A stretch of DNA of 64,000 nucleotides from Escherichia coli (GTDB lineage: Bacteria; Pseudomonadota; Gammaproteobacteria; Enterobacterales; Enterobacteriaceae): assembly GCF_045037415.1 (NCBI RefSeq), contig NZ_CP173438.1. One strand, given 5' to 3'. Below, one piece after another: positions 8,918-18,327 of this stretch (within the stretch, counting starts at the first letter, position 1; each line of letters begins with the position of its first letter). Under the pieces are notes generated by a model. The model had not been told where the DNA came from. It searched no databases and was given only the letters and a program-made list of their open reading frames with translations. A program made the position numbers and the translations under genes.

Positions 8918-11431
8918 ATGCCAGTTGTACCAACAACATCGGGCCGTCAGGTTCAGAGCAGAGGGATTTCGACGCAGGGATTCTCATCGTTTCAGACGCC
9001 AAATGTCGGTGATGTACTTGGCGATGTTGCAGAGCAATATGCAGGTATTATTGCGCAGGCAAAACAGCGTGCGAATGTTGCTATGGCTCAGGATGCTTCT
9101 CTTAGCTTAAGCCAGATAAGCAGCGATCTGCTGAATAACCCTGAAACAGGTTTGCTTAACCTGAAAGGGAAAAATGCTATTGGAAAAGGTCAGGAGTATA
9201 CGCAGCAGTTTGATGCCCAGGTCGAGCAACTGGCTATGTCGCTGCCGGATGAACAGGCTCGTAATGCTTTCATGCAGCAGGCGCAGCAGCAGCGCATTCA
9301 GTTCACTACGCAGGCCGGGCGGCACGAGATAGGGCAAATAAATGCCTACGAAGAAGGCCAGTTTCAGGCGACGCTGCTGAACAATGGTAAAAATGCCGCA
9401 GCATTGTATGGCGACAACGCCGCATACGTATTGGCTAATAAGCAAACTTTCCAGCAAATTGAGGATTACGGCATTGCGCATGGCTGGAGCGACGAGCAAA
9501 TCCAGGCCAAGAAAATCGAGTTTAAAGAGAAGGTTGCTGATGCAGCATTGTCCCAGTGGTCGGCAAACAATGCGACCGCATTCATCCAAAGTAATGGCGA
9601 GTTAAGTGATACTGCTGCTGGAGCTAGCCGTGCTGTAGCAGATAGTGATTCTTCCGAGCGTGCCCGTGGCATACGCAACAATAACCCAGGAAATCTCGAA
9701 TACAGCAAAACCAATCCGTGGGTAGGCCAGACCGGTGATGATGGTCGATTTGCTAAATTCGAAACACCTGAACACGGGATTCGTGCATTAGGGCGGAACC
9801 TGATGTCGTATCAGAGGCAGGGTATTGATACCGTCAGCGAGATAATTAATCGCTGGGCACCGCCTACTGATAAAAATGACACTATGTCGTATATCAAAGC
9901 AGTGTGCGAACAACTTGGCGTTTCTGCTGATGAGCCTCTCGATGCATCTAATCCTGATACCCTGAAGGCGCTTTGTGCAGCCATTATCCATCATGAGAAC
10001 GGTAGCCAGCCATACAGTGATCAGCTGTTAAGTGCTGGTGTCAGTGCAGCACTTGGTTTATCAACAATTCCAACCAACACCAAACGCTATACCGGTAATG
10101 CAGCATTCGATGCGGCATCTCCTGAGGCGCAGGCAAGTTTTATGCGACAGGCGGATCAACTGCGTCGGCAGCAGCAGGCTGAATATAAAACGATGATTGA
10201 CAGCCAAGTTCGCGATGCGACAGCTGCGTATATGCGTGGCGTTGAATTTCCTAACCCACCTGGTGAGGCTGATTTTATTGCAGCTTATGGAGTCAGAGAA
10301 GGAAACCTGCGATATACCGAGTTCAGAAATACGCAAATCGCCGGACAGTATATAGGCTCTTTCCGCAACATGCCGACAAGCAGCATTACAGCATATGTTG
10401 AGCAATTACGCCCGGATACTGGTGAGACAGGGGAGGGTTATGCGGCACGAGCCGCTCTTTATGACAACGTTGTGTCGGCTGCAAGTCAGGTGATAAAGCA
10501 GCGACAGGCTGATCCTGTACAGTTCTCTCTTGCCGCCGGACAGGCAAAGCCTATCGACATGAGCAATAAGGATAACTTTGGACAGAGCGTTGCCTTGCGT
10601 GCTGCTCAGGTCAGTGACCTTGCTAAGTCATATGGCACTCCACTGACGTTCTTTTCCAAAGACGAGGCCAATCAGATCGGTGTTTTCTTTCGTAATGCGC
10701 CCGTTTCCCAACAGGCAGCATATCTCGATACCATCAGGCAGAGCACTGGTGGTGGGCAGGTGTATATGTCAGCACTACAGCAGATCAGTGCCAACGCTCC
10801 ATCTGCTGCCGTTGCCGGGATACTGATGGATAAGCCAGGTGGTATTTTGGCAGAAAAAAACTGGTTTAATCCGGATGTTTCCGTGTCTCCTGAAACCGCT
10901 GCGCAGACAATTCTTGCTGGCGCGGCGGCTCGTAAAGGTACTGATGACGCGAAAGGTATTCCGATGCCTAAAGATGCTGATCTTCGCCTTGAGTTTTCTG
11001 ACATGGTGAAGGATGCATTTGCTGGTGATGCTCAGGGGGCATCAATGGCATACGAGATCGCAAAGGACTATTACGCTGGTGTGATGGCGAAAAAAGGCGT
11101 GGTATCAGGCGAAATTGACAATGATATCTGGAAACAGGCTGTTAACGTAGCTACAGGTGGCGTGCATGACTATAACGGAATGGGGAATGTTCTTTTGCCT
11201 TGGGGAATGTCTGCAGAGCAATTCGATAAGCAGGTTAATCAGGTTTGGAATGAACAAGTTGTTGGCACAGGGATAAAAACACCGCCTGGTCAGTATGGTT
11301 TGCAAAGTTACGGCGATAGTCAGTACCTGGTGAAACTTGGTACTGGTTATCTGCTAAAAGATGATGGTTCTCCCGTTGTTCTTGATCTGACACAGAAGCG
11401 TCAGAGATTCTCCGGAGATATTCCGCAATGA
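8918..11431 (+). CDS. Large internal virion (ejection/core) protein, 837 aa
   Basis: RBS AAGGGGA; first of three consecutive large proteins equivalent to podovirus core proteins; contains a GIRNNNPGNL motif block. Confidence 0.6.
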   Translation: MPVVPTTSGRQVQSRGISTQGFSSFQTPNVGDVLGDVAEQYAGIIAQAKQRANVAMAQDASLSLSQISSDLLNNPETGLLNLKGKNAIGKGQEYTQQFDAQVEQLAMSLPDEQARNAFMQQAQQQRIQFTTQAGRHEIGQINAYEEGQFQATLLNNGKNAAALYGDNAAYVLANKQTFQQIEDYGIAHGWSDEQIQAKKIEFKEKVADAALSQWSANNATAFIQSNGELSDTAAGASRAVADSDSSERARGIRNNNPGNLEYSKTNPWVGQTGDDGRFAKFETPEHGIRALGRNLMSYQRQGIDTVSEIINRWAPPTDKNDTMSYIKAVCEQLGVSADEPLDASNPDTLKALCAAIIHHENGSQPYSDQLLSAGVSAALGLSTIPTNTKRYTGNAAFDAASPEAQASFMRQADQLRRQQQAEYKTMIDSQVRDATAAYMRGVEFPNPPGEADFIAAYGVREGNLRYTEFRNTQIAGQYIGSFRNMPTSSITAYVEQLRPDTGETGEGYAARAALYDNVVSAASQVIKQRQADPVQFSLAAGQAKPIDMSNKDNFGQSVALRAAQVSDLAKSYGTPLTFFSKDEANQIGVFFRNAPVSQQAAYLDTIRQSTGGGQVYMSALQQISANAPSAAVAGILMDKPGGILAEKNWFNPDVSVSPETAAQTILAGAAARKGTDDAKGIPMPKDADLRLEFSDMVKDAFAGDAQGASMAYEIAKDYYAGVMAKKGVVSGEIDNDIWKQAVNVATGGVHDYNGMGNVLLPWGMSAEQFDKQVNQVWNEQVVGTGIKTPPGQYGLQSYGDSQYLVKLGTGYLLKDDGSPVVLDLTQKRQRFSGDIPQ

Positions 11432-13230
11432 GTTACTTTGGCCTTAATCCAGTAAACCAGAATCAGCAGCTTGACGAAGCAGCATCAAATCCAGCTGGCT
11501 TTAACAGCGATGTTGGTTTTTTCGACAATGCTGTAGGAGCGGCATTGTCTGGTTTGTACTCCGGGCTGGTGGCAAAGCCAGATCAGTTGCTCTGGGCAGG
11601 GATGGATAAAATCGTATCCCCGATTGCTCAGTTTGTTAACGAAAACACCTCGCTCAATGACACTTCAGTTTCATACATTGCCGAGCAGAGAAAACTAGCA
11701 GAGCAGCAGGTTAAGCGGCTGACGCCTGATGCCGCGACAACCGGAACCGCCGGGCAGGTTCTTTATGGGTTGTTCGATATGGGCGGGCAGGCTGTTGTCG
11801 GTACAACGCTCGGTGGTCCTGTCGGAGGTGCAGCGGCGGTAACTTCGCTACAGGGTTTTTCTGAGTTTGAACGGCTGACAGCACAGGGTGTTGATTTCAG
11901 GACAGCGCAGGAAGCGGGATTAGTGCAGGGCATTACTGCTGGGGCCGGGACATTGATCCCTATGAGCCTCGGGTTACGTGCTGGTGGTGCGCTGGCGGAA
12001 GGTGTGGCGGCTCAGCTCGCGCGGACGGGTGAGAGTTCAGTGCGACGCGCCGCAGCAACAGCAGTACGTGCAACGCCAGATATTGCCTATGCCGCAGGTA
12101 CAAATATTGCGTTCGGTATGGCACAGCGTGGGCTTACTGCAAAAACGCTTCGTGATGGTGGCTATAGCGAAATGGCTAACCAGTATGATGTGTTGGATCG
12201 ACAGGCAATTGCTATTGATGCTGTTCTTGGGGTGGCGTTTGGTGGTGTCGGCAGATTTATTAACTCTCGCGGCGAGTCTACAAGCGCACCAAATTTTTCA
12301 CAAGTTGATGTTGATGCTGCACTGGCGGCGAATGCCGCTCATCATGCTGAAATTGATATTGCGCCCGGCGTGCCGATCAACGTGCTTTCGCGCAATTCTC
12401 ACATTCAGGCTCTGCGAAAAGCTATGTCTGATGTTAGCCAAGGGAGACCTGTAGACGTTGCCAGCATTGTTGAGTCTGCATCTTTCAGTGAAATTCCTGG
12501 GCGCAAGAGTCTGCTGTCTCAGGCAGTTAATGAGGCTCTGTCATCTGTAGATGATGGAGTAACGGCGCGCTCTATAGAAAATCGGTTGCTTGAAGAACAG
12601 GCCGCGCAGCTTTTGCCGCGTGGAGATAGACAGGTTTACCAGTCTGAAATCGCTAATAGCCAACGAATTATTGAAAATCTCACTGAACAGCGTGCACAAA
12701 TTCTTGCAGAAGATCCAACCGGTAGCGGTAAAGCTTTGTCTCGTGCTCGATCAGATAAACAGGCCAGACTTCGCGATATTGATCAACGAATCCGGCAGGC
12801 ACAAGAACGCCTGGAATTTTCCCGTAACGCGTTGGCACCGCACGAGCCTGGCGGTCAGTTTTTTGAAGCTCGAGCAGAACTGGCTCGGAGACAGCAGGCA
12901 GAAAGTGAACTTAATGCTCAGGCTGTTTCATTCTATAAAACAGCAGAGGTCAGGACGCCAGACGAAGTAGCTCCTTTTGAGCCTGATAAAATATTGCAAC
13001 AGGCAGAACAAAAAATGATGGCGGATCAGGCGGGAGATATTGATCTGCGCATAGCTGAAGACTCGCTGCTTGAATCACCTGACATGATAATCACCGTGCT
13101 GGATGATGATGGTAATCCACAATCGCGCAGCGCGCGTGAAGTACTGGATGAAGCGAACAGGGAAAGTGAGCAGGCAATACAGGATTCAAGCCTGTTTGAT
13201 GTAGCTGTGGCGTGTTTCTTGAGAGGTTAA
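11428..13230 (+). CDS. Internal virion protein, 600 aa
   Basis: ATGA overlap; Ala/Gly-rich N-terminal half, coiled-coil-like C-terminal half. Confidence 0.55.
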   Translation: MSYFGLNPVNQNQQLDEAASNPAGFNSDVGFFDNAVGAALSGLYSGLVAKPDQLLWAGMDKIVSPIAQFVNENTSLNDTSVSYIAEQRKLAEQQVKRLTPDAATTGTAGQVLYGLFDMGGQAVVGTTLGGPVGGAAAVTSLQGFSEFERLTAQGVDFRTAQEAGLVQGITAGAGTLIPMSLGLRAGGALAEGVAAQLARTGESSVRRAAATAVRATPDIAYAAGTNIAFGMAQRGLTAKTLRDGGYSEMANQYDVLDRQAIAIDAVLGVAFGGVGRFINSRGESTSAPNFSQVDVDAALAANAAHHAEIDIAPGVPINVLSRNSHIQALRKAMSDVSQGRPVDVASIVESASFSEIPGRKSLLSQAVNEALSSVDDGVTARSIENRLLEEQAAQLLPRGDRQVYQSEIANSQRIIENLTEQRAQILAEDPTGSGKALSRARSDKQARLRDIDQRIRQAQERLEFSRNALAPHEPGGQFFEARAELARRQQAESELNAQAVSFYKTAEVRTPDEVAPFEPDKILQQAEQKMMADQAGDIDLRIAEDSLLESPDMIITVLDDDGNPQSRSAREVLDEANRESEQAIQDSSLFDVAVACFLRG

Positions 13231-13235
13231 ATTAA

Positions 13236-15710
13236 ATGAGACAGGAATGTATACAAGCGGTCCAGCAGGCGGCGCAGCGCACGTTAACGGCGCGAGAAAT
13301 ACAGAACATTGAAGACCGCATTTATCGAAATATGCGCTCCATTGCTCGTGATGACCCGATGTCGTGGAGACAACTTTCCGAATCAGAGCGGCTATATCGT
13401 GCAGCACAATTGGCATCTGAAGAATTACAGCGAGAAGCGGCATTAAAGAAACGTCGTGTGGCCCTCACTATAGCCGCACGTCAGAGATTGGATAAATTTA
13501 TCAATAGCTATCAAGGGGCTGATGGGAAACTTGGCGCTCTTAACCGTACTATTGCTTTTAATGCAGACGGTAAATCGAATTTCCTCTCTGTTGAGTCCAG
13601 AACAAAAGCCACTCGTGATTATGCATTGAGTCAATTGCAAGAGGCATTTGAAGCAGTTGATCCTCGCTTTTTTGGCCTGTTTGAAGATGAAGCTGGCGTG
13701 CGTGACCTGGTATATGAAATGCGAGGGCAAAATACTGGCAATGCTAAAGCAAGAAAAGGTGCTAAGGCGTGGAGAGAAGTTACAGAGCTGCTGCGCCGCC
13801 GGTTTAATGATGCTGGTGGGGACATTGGCTATCTCGAAAACTGGGGGATCCCTCAACATCATTCTATGGAAAAGGTTGGGGCGGTATCAAAGGATAAGTG
13901 GGTTGGCGATGTTATAGGTAAGCTGGATCGCAAATATTATACCCGAGCCGATGGACAACTGATGAACGATGCCGAGTTGTCTGCATTTCTTGGAGAGGCT
14001 TATAACACGATAGCTACTGGTGGGCTGAATAAGCTTACTGATACCGGAATGCGAATTTCCGGCGCACGTGCTAACCGTGGTAATGCATCACGACAGATAC
14101 ATTTCAAAAATGCAGATTCCTATCTCCAATATCAACAACTTTATGGTGATCGCTCTCTATGGGAAATCATGGTCGGTCACCTGGAAGGTATCAGTAAAGA
14201 TATTGCTCTGGTGGAAACATATGGTCCAAACCCCGATCATGTTTTCCGCTCCCTTCTTGATCAGGTGAAGGCAGAAACGGCAACAGCTAACCCGAGTAAA
14301 ACCGGTAAAGTCGAGCGGCTGGCGAACAACACAGAGAATCTGTACAACTTTATTTCCGGAAAGACACAGCCTGTAGCGAATCCGCACATCGCGCGATGGT
14401 CTGACAATATCCGCAACTGGCTGGTTGCCAGCAGACTCGGATCCGCGTTGCTGTCATCGTTCTCTGATCTTGGAACCATGTATCTGTCTGCGAAGGTTAC
14501 CAACCTTCCAATGAACCAGTTATTCCGCAACCAGCTTGAAGCTATGGACCCAACGAACCGTACAGAACTTGCGCGGGCGCGCCGCGCTGGTCTGGCGATG
14601 GAATCTCTACTTGGCAGCGTTAACCGCTGGGCGATGGATAATATGGGGCCGTCTGTGTCTCGTTGGGCTGCAACGGCGGTAATGCGTGCCAGTGGGCTTA
14701 CAGCATGGTCAGATGCGCACAAGCGCGCCTATGGCGTAACCATGATGGGAAGCCTGGGAGAAGTAGTGTCACGGACACCAGACCTTCGTAGCCTCGATGA
14801 TTCTGATTTTCGTATCCTGAAAAGCAAAGGGATTACTGACACAGACTGGAGCGTATGGAAGCTGGCGCAACAGGAGGACTGGGGGAACGGCAATAATACG
14901 ATGCTGACACCGGAAAGCATTATGCGTATCCCTGATTCAGCAGTTAAACATCTTGGTGAGCCTGAACGCGTGAAATTTGAGGCAATGCGTAAACTGCTCG
15001 GTGCCGTAACTGAAGAAGTTGATATGGCTGTTATTACACCGGGAGCACGTGAGCAACTGATAACCGGTTCTGGTATTCAGCGTGGAACATGGAAAGGTGA
15101 ATTAACGAGAAGTGTTTTCCTGTTTAAATCGTTCCCTATCTCGGTGGTTATGCGTCACTGGTCACGCGCTATGGGTATGCCGTCTGCTGGTGGGCGTGCG
15201 GCATATATTGCGACGTTTATTGCCAGTACGACCATTCTTGGCGCTTTGTCGCAGCAACTTAACGACCTTGCGTCTGGTCGTAATCCTCGCGAGATGACAG
15301 GAGAAGATGCTGCTAAATTTTGGCTTGGTGCTCTACTGAAAGGTGGTGGTCTTGGCCTTTACGGTGACTTTTTATTGTCAGATCACACTAGGTACGGAAG
15401 CGGCGCGCTGGCGTCGATGCTTGGCCCGGTAGCTGGTCTGGTTGATGACGTAGTGAAGATTGCTCAGGGCATACCGTTAAATGCTGTGGAAGGGAAGAGT
15501 GAGCAGACTGGTGGTGATCTGGTGAAGCTGGGGAAAGGTTTGATGCCTGGTGCGAATCTCTGGTACTTGAAGGCGGCTCTCGATCACATGATCTTTAACC
15601 AGATGCAGGAGTATTTTTCACCAGGCTATTTGCGTAAAATGGAGCAACGTTCGAAGAAAGAGTTTAACCAGACATACTGGTGGCGACCACAGGATGTCAC
15701 TCCGCAATAA
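13236..15710 (+). CDS. Large internal virion (core/ejection) protein, 824 aa
   Basis: Third large protein of the internal-protein block. Confidence 0.6.
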   Translation: MRQECIQAVQQAAQRTLTAREIQNIEDRIYRNMRSIARDDPMSWRQLSESERLYRAAQLASEELQREAALKKRRVALTIAARQRLDKFINSYQGADGKLGALNRTIAFNADGKSNFLSVESRTKATRDYALSQLQEAFEAVDPRFFGLFEDEAGVRDLVYEMRGQNTGNAKARKGAKAWREVTELLRRRFNDAGGDIGYLENWGIPQHHSMEKVGAVSKDKWVGDVIGKLDRKYYTRADGQLMNDAELSAFLGEAYNTIATGGLNKLTDTGMRISGARANRGNASRQIHFKNADSYLQYQQLYGDRSLWEIMVGHLEGISKDIALVETYGPNPDHVFRSLLDQVKAETATANPSKTGKVERLANNTENLYNFISGKTQPVANPHIARWSDNIRNWLVASRLGSALLSSFSDLGTMYLSAKVTNLPMNQLFRNQLEAMDPTNRTELARARRAGLAMESLLGSVNRWAMDNMGPSVSRWAATAVMRASGLTAWSDAHKRAYGVTMMGSLGEVVSRTPDLRSLDDSDFRILKSKGITDTDWSVWKLAQQEDWGNGNNTMLTPESIMRIPDSAVKHLGEPERVKFEAMRKLLGAVTEEVDMAVITPGAREQLITGSGIQRGTWKGELTRSVFLFKSFPISVVMRHWSRAMGMPSAGGRAAYIATFIASTTILGALSQQLNDLASGRNPREMTGEDAAKFWLGALLKGGGLGLYGDFLLSDHTRYGSGALASMLGPVAGLVDDVVKIAQGIPLNAVEGKSEQTGGDLVKLGKGLMPGANLWYLKAALDHMIFNQMQEYFSPGYLRKMEQRSKKEFNQTYWWRPQDVTPQ

Positions 15711-15721
15711 AAGGAGATATG

Positions 15722-15844
15722 ATGGTTCAAATAACTTTTATTGTACTAATATGTGCAGCGTTTTTATGCTATTCATACATTTTGATAAAAATGGGTTTCA
15801 ATTGGAATCTCTGTTGCGTGCAGCGGCATGGTTCGGCTTTGTAG
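15722..15844 (+). CDS. Possible small hydrophobic protein (40 aa) in AT-rich moron
   Basis: AAGGAG RBS at 15711-15716 with 5-nt spacer to ATG; hydrophobic product; a competing 62-aa ORF (15694-15882) uses another frame. Confidence 0.3.
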   Translation: MVQITFIVLICAAFLCYSYILIKMGFNWNLCCVQRHGSAL

Positions 15845-15929
15845 TATTAGGAATTGTATTGTTCGGAAGAATAATAAAATAACTAGTTAATTTGTGGATT
15901 GGTGCTGTTTTTCCATGATAGGGGTAATT

Positions 15930-16310
15930 ATGAGAAAAGTATTTTTGATTTTTGGATTTATGCTTCTCGTTGGATGCCAGTCAGCTGCACAGTTTGAAAG
16001 AAATATGCTTACGTGGCGCGGGCAGAGTATAGACGCAATGGTTCAGCAGTGGGGGTATCCTCAGGGAGAGCTTACATCTCCAGATGGAAACAGAGTGTAT
16101 GTTTACTCAAGCTCTGGTAGTTATAACGTACCACAAACCACAACGTATAATACTACGTCTAATCTAATTGGTAATACTATATATTCAAACACATACGCAA
16201 CAACTGATGGCGGTTATACACTCCATTTCAGTTGCTCTGTTTACGTTGAGTTTGGTGCTGATAAGATTATTAAAAATGTTACATGGCGCGGTAATAATTG
16301 CGTTGCGTGA
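15930..16310 (+). CDS. Lipoprotein (moron), 126 aa
   Basis: Signal peptide MRKVFLIFGFMLLVGC with lipobox LLVGC; AT-rich context; terminator directly downstream. Confidence 0.7.
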   Translation: MRKVFLIFGFMLLVGCQSAAQFERNMLTWRGQSIDAMVQQWGYPQGELTSPDGNRVYVYSSSGSYNVPQTTTYNTTSNLIGNTIYSNTYATTDGGYTLHFSCSVYVEFGADKIIKNVTWRGNNCVA

Positions 16311-16319
16311 CATGTCACA

Positions 16320-16343
16320 GGCCGCTTTCGCGGCCTTGTTTTT
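16320..16343 (+). terminator. Rho-independent terminator after lipoprotein gene
   Basis: GGCCGC-TTTC-GCGGCC hairpin followed by TTGTTTTT. Confidence 0.7.
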
Positions 16344-16503
16344 AACGAATGCCACCGCCACCCGGGCGGGAATCCGCAGAACGCCCACCGCAGCGGGAGC
16401 CGTCAGCAGCAGTGTCGCTGTCGTGCTGACAACGACCGGCAAAGGCCTGAGTTGAAGCTACCAGAGACAACAAAACGAACAGTGCAGCAAATGCTTTTTT
16501 CAT
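16342..16503 (-). CDS. Possible small secreted peptide (53 aa)
   Basis: Signal-peptide-like N-terminus MKKAFAALFVLLSLVASTQAFA; GC-rich low-complexity mature part with two Cys; weak RBS. Confidence 0.3.
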   Translation of the reverse strand: MKKAFAALFVLLSLVASTQAFAGRCQHDSDTAADGSRCGGRSADSRPGGGGIR

Positions 16504-16575
16504 TGTGAAATTTCCATCTATAAGCCACCTCAATGTGGCGTCAATGAGTGTAGCACTGACTTTTGTTTCGTCCAC

Positions 16576-16597
16576 AAAAAAGCCCGCGCTGCGGGCT
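16576..16597 (-). terminator. Rho-independent terminator of the reverse cassette
   Basis: GCCCGC-GCT-GCGGGC hairpin followed by a U-run on the minus strand, directly after the 16602 stop. Confidence 0.7.
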
Positions 16598-16601
16598 TCT
16601 A

Positions 16602-17234
16602 TTAATGCAGTTTATCTTTGCTTATAACCAGTAGTCTGTGGGTATGCACATCTTTATCACTGCCCCAACAGAAATCAGCCCACTGGCTATAGAAATCATC
16701 CCATGATGTCATGAAGCTAAGAGGTCTATCTTCTTCAGAGCCATCTGAAACGTATACATTATATCCTGGGGTGTTTATAGCCCAAGAAATCATTCTTTCC
16801 CAGAATCTTCTCCCATCGATTGTTTGTTGCTCATCAGATACAACGATCGCATATTGCTCTAGGAAGAACTGAAAAAAAATCTGAGGCAAACCATGAACAG
16901 CACGGTCATGAATAACATTAGGCGTACGCCATACCATGATCTGCGTACATGTTCTTTTGGCTTCGACGATATCTTCCCGAAAGATTAACTTAACCGCATA
17001 CACCGTTTCTGGAGTATCGCTGGTAGTAATCATTCTGTAATGATCGCCATTACAAGATTTTACAAGGCGATAACCATAAGGTGTTGTGAATCCCGGAAGA
17101 ACGAAATCAACCACACCTTTCGCTAAGTAGCTTTCGGTGTGACTAGTGTTCTTCTCAGACATGTTCAGTTTTCTATCGAAATCTGCTTCTGGGATAATGT
17201 ATGGCATCGCTTTTCTTGTTGTATTTGTTCTCAT
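16602..17234 (-). CDS. Uncharacterised cargo protein, 210 aa
   Basis: Strong RBS GGGAGG 5 nt before ATG; own sigma70-like promoter and operator upstream; no family recognised; AT-rich. Confidence 0.75.
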   Translation of the reverse strand: MRTNTTRKAMPYIIPEADFDRKLNMSEKNTSHTESYLAKGVVDFVLPGFTTPYGYRLVKSCNGDHYRMITTSDTPETVYAVKLIFREDIVEAKRTCTQIMVWRTPNVIHDRAVHGLPQIFFQFFLEQYAIVVSDEQQTIDGRRFWERMISWAINTPGYNVYVSDGSEEDRPLSFMTSWDDFYSQWADFCWGSDKDVHTHRLLVISKDKLH

Positions 17235-17293
17235 TTCGTCCTCCCATGTTTGGCTACAGGACGCGTTTTGAAGGGAAGATTAAAAATGCTTTC

Positions 17294-17308
17294 TTACCCT
17301 TGAGGTAA
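17294..17308. promoter_or_regulatory. Operator-like palindrome TTACC-N5-GGTAA (copy 1) overlapping the start region of the 16602-17234 gene
   Basis: Perfect 5-bp inverted repeat with 5-bp spacer; abuts the predicted -10. Confidence 0.5.
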
Positions 17309-17336
17309 TAGTACGCTATTCACCCCCAGTCTGCAA
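17308..17336 (-). promoter_or_regulatory. Sigma70-like promoter for the 210-aa gene
   Basis: Minus-strand TTGCAG-N17-TACTAT, about 75 nt upstream of the ATG. Confidence 0.45.
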
Positions 17337-17380
17337 TCTGTACAGAATTATTTAAAGGCACATCCCTGTGCCGCCGCCCG

Positions 17381-18037
17381 TCAGAAGAACCCTGCCTTGT
17401 CGTTGATGTACTCCGCGTGCGTCTGGATATCACGCAGGCATTTGCTCACACCAACGATGTAGCAGAACATGGTGGTCAGCTCCGCCGCCGCGCCCGATAC
17501 GTCGTGCCCGTCGTCCTGTAACTGGTTCAGCAGATTCATCAGCAGTGAGTTCTCCGTCAGGCCGAGAACACCAGACGGCGAGTGAATCAGGCTGCGGTAG
17601 CCGGGCTTCAGTGGGGCACTGTATTCTTTTTTGTCTTCCAGCTTGATCGCCTCCATAATGGCGGGCATGAAGCCTGACAAGACCTTCTCCACTTTTGTTT
17701 CTTGTTGTCTTAAACGTTTCTCGCATTCAATGAAGTAGCGTCGCACCTGGCGACCTTTTTCGTTACGCTCGACCATCGCCAGCTCTTTGGCTGTATCAAG
17801 GGTGAGGTGGTACTCTTTGCGGTTGTGGCCGCCTCTACCAGATGTTTGCTTTCCCAAATTGGAAAGCAAAATATAGTCTTGATTTTCAATGAATTCGTAT
17901 TCTGATATGCGATTTGTAATCCATGCTGCAAACACCTTTTTAACACCTAAAAAAGCGTGCAGATCGCGGGCATTACAAAGTAGGGCTGTTTCGTTAGATA
18001 TAGTGCCGTTGAATACGGGGATGAGTTGAGCGTTCAT
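17381..18037 (-). CDS. Antirepressor-like protein: AntA-type N-terminal domain plus C-terminal domain paralogous to the small SOS-controlled protein
   Basis: GGAG RBS; N-terminal motif [27 protein letters not shown] typical of AntA/AntB antirepressor domains; C-terminal 70 aa about 40% identical to the 18357-18614 product. Confidence 0.65.
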   Translation of the reverse strand: MNAQLIPVFNGTISNETALLCNARDLHAFLGVKKVFAAWITNRISEYEFIENQDYILLSNLGKQTSGRGGHNRKEYHLTLDTAKELAMVERNEKGRQVRRYFIECEKRLRQQETKVEKVLSGFMPAIMEAIKLEDKKEYSAPLKPGYRSLIHSPSGVLGLTENSLLMNLLNQLQDDGHDVSGAAAELTTMFCYIVGVSKCLRDIQTHAEYINDKAGFF

Positions 18038-18196
18038 GATGGCGTCTCCACTTAGCGAATTACATCACCACCGCTGAGAACCAATCAGATGGTGGTGAAC
18101 TGAACGGAGTTGGTCTTACCGGCCTAAGTGGTACCGGCGTCCTTTCGGACCCCCATTCAGCCCACCATAATTCTGGCATGACTGTGCTATACGCAT

Positions 18197-18218
18197 AAAA
18201 AAACCACGTCTGGCGTGG
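18197..18218 (-). terminator. Putative rho-independent terminator between the small SOS-controlled gene and the antirepressor gene
   Basis: CCACG-N5-CGTGG hairpin followed by seven U on the minus strand; short stem. Confidence 0.4.
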
Positions 18219-18308
18219 TATGCGCCACTTAGTAATCCGGGAGAACCAATCCCGGCACTGGATTTTGCCAGTGCCCGATTACTATGGCACAAGAGGAGTG
18301 CGATGTAA

Positions 18309-18327
18309 ATTTACCGCAAAGGTAAAT
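18309..18327. promoter_or_regulatory. Operator-like palindrome ATTTACC-N5-GGTAAAT (copy 2)
   Basis: 7-bp inverted repeat with 5-bp spacer, same core as copies 1 and 3. Confidence 0.45.

Noticed and set aside
18225-18280. Possible tRNA-like or tRNA-remnant structure in the cassette spacer
   Set aside because: Hairpins are present but there is no 7-nt T-loop with GTTC-type stem, no anticodon arm geometry and no 7-bp acceptor stem; treated as generic structured spacer
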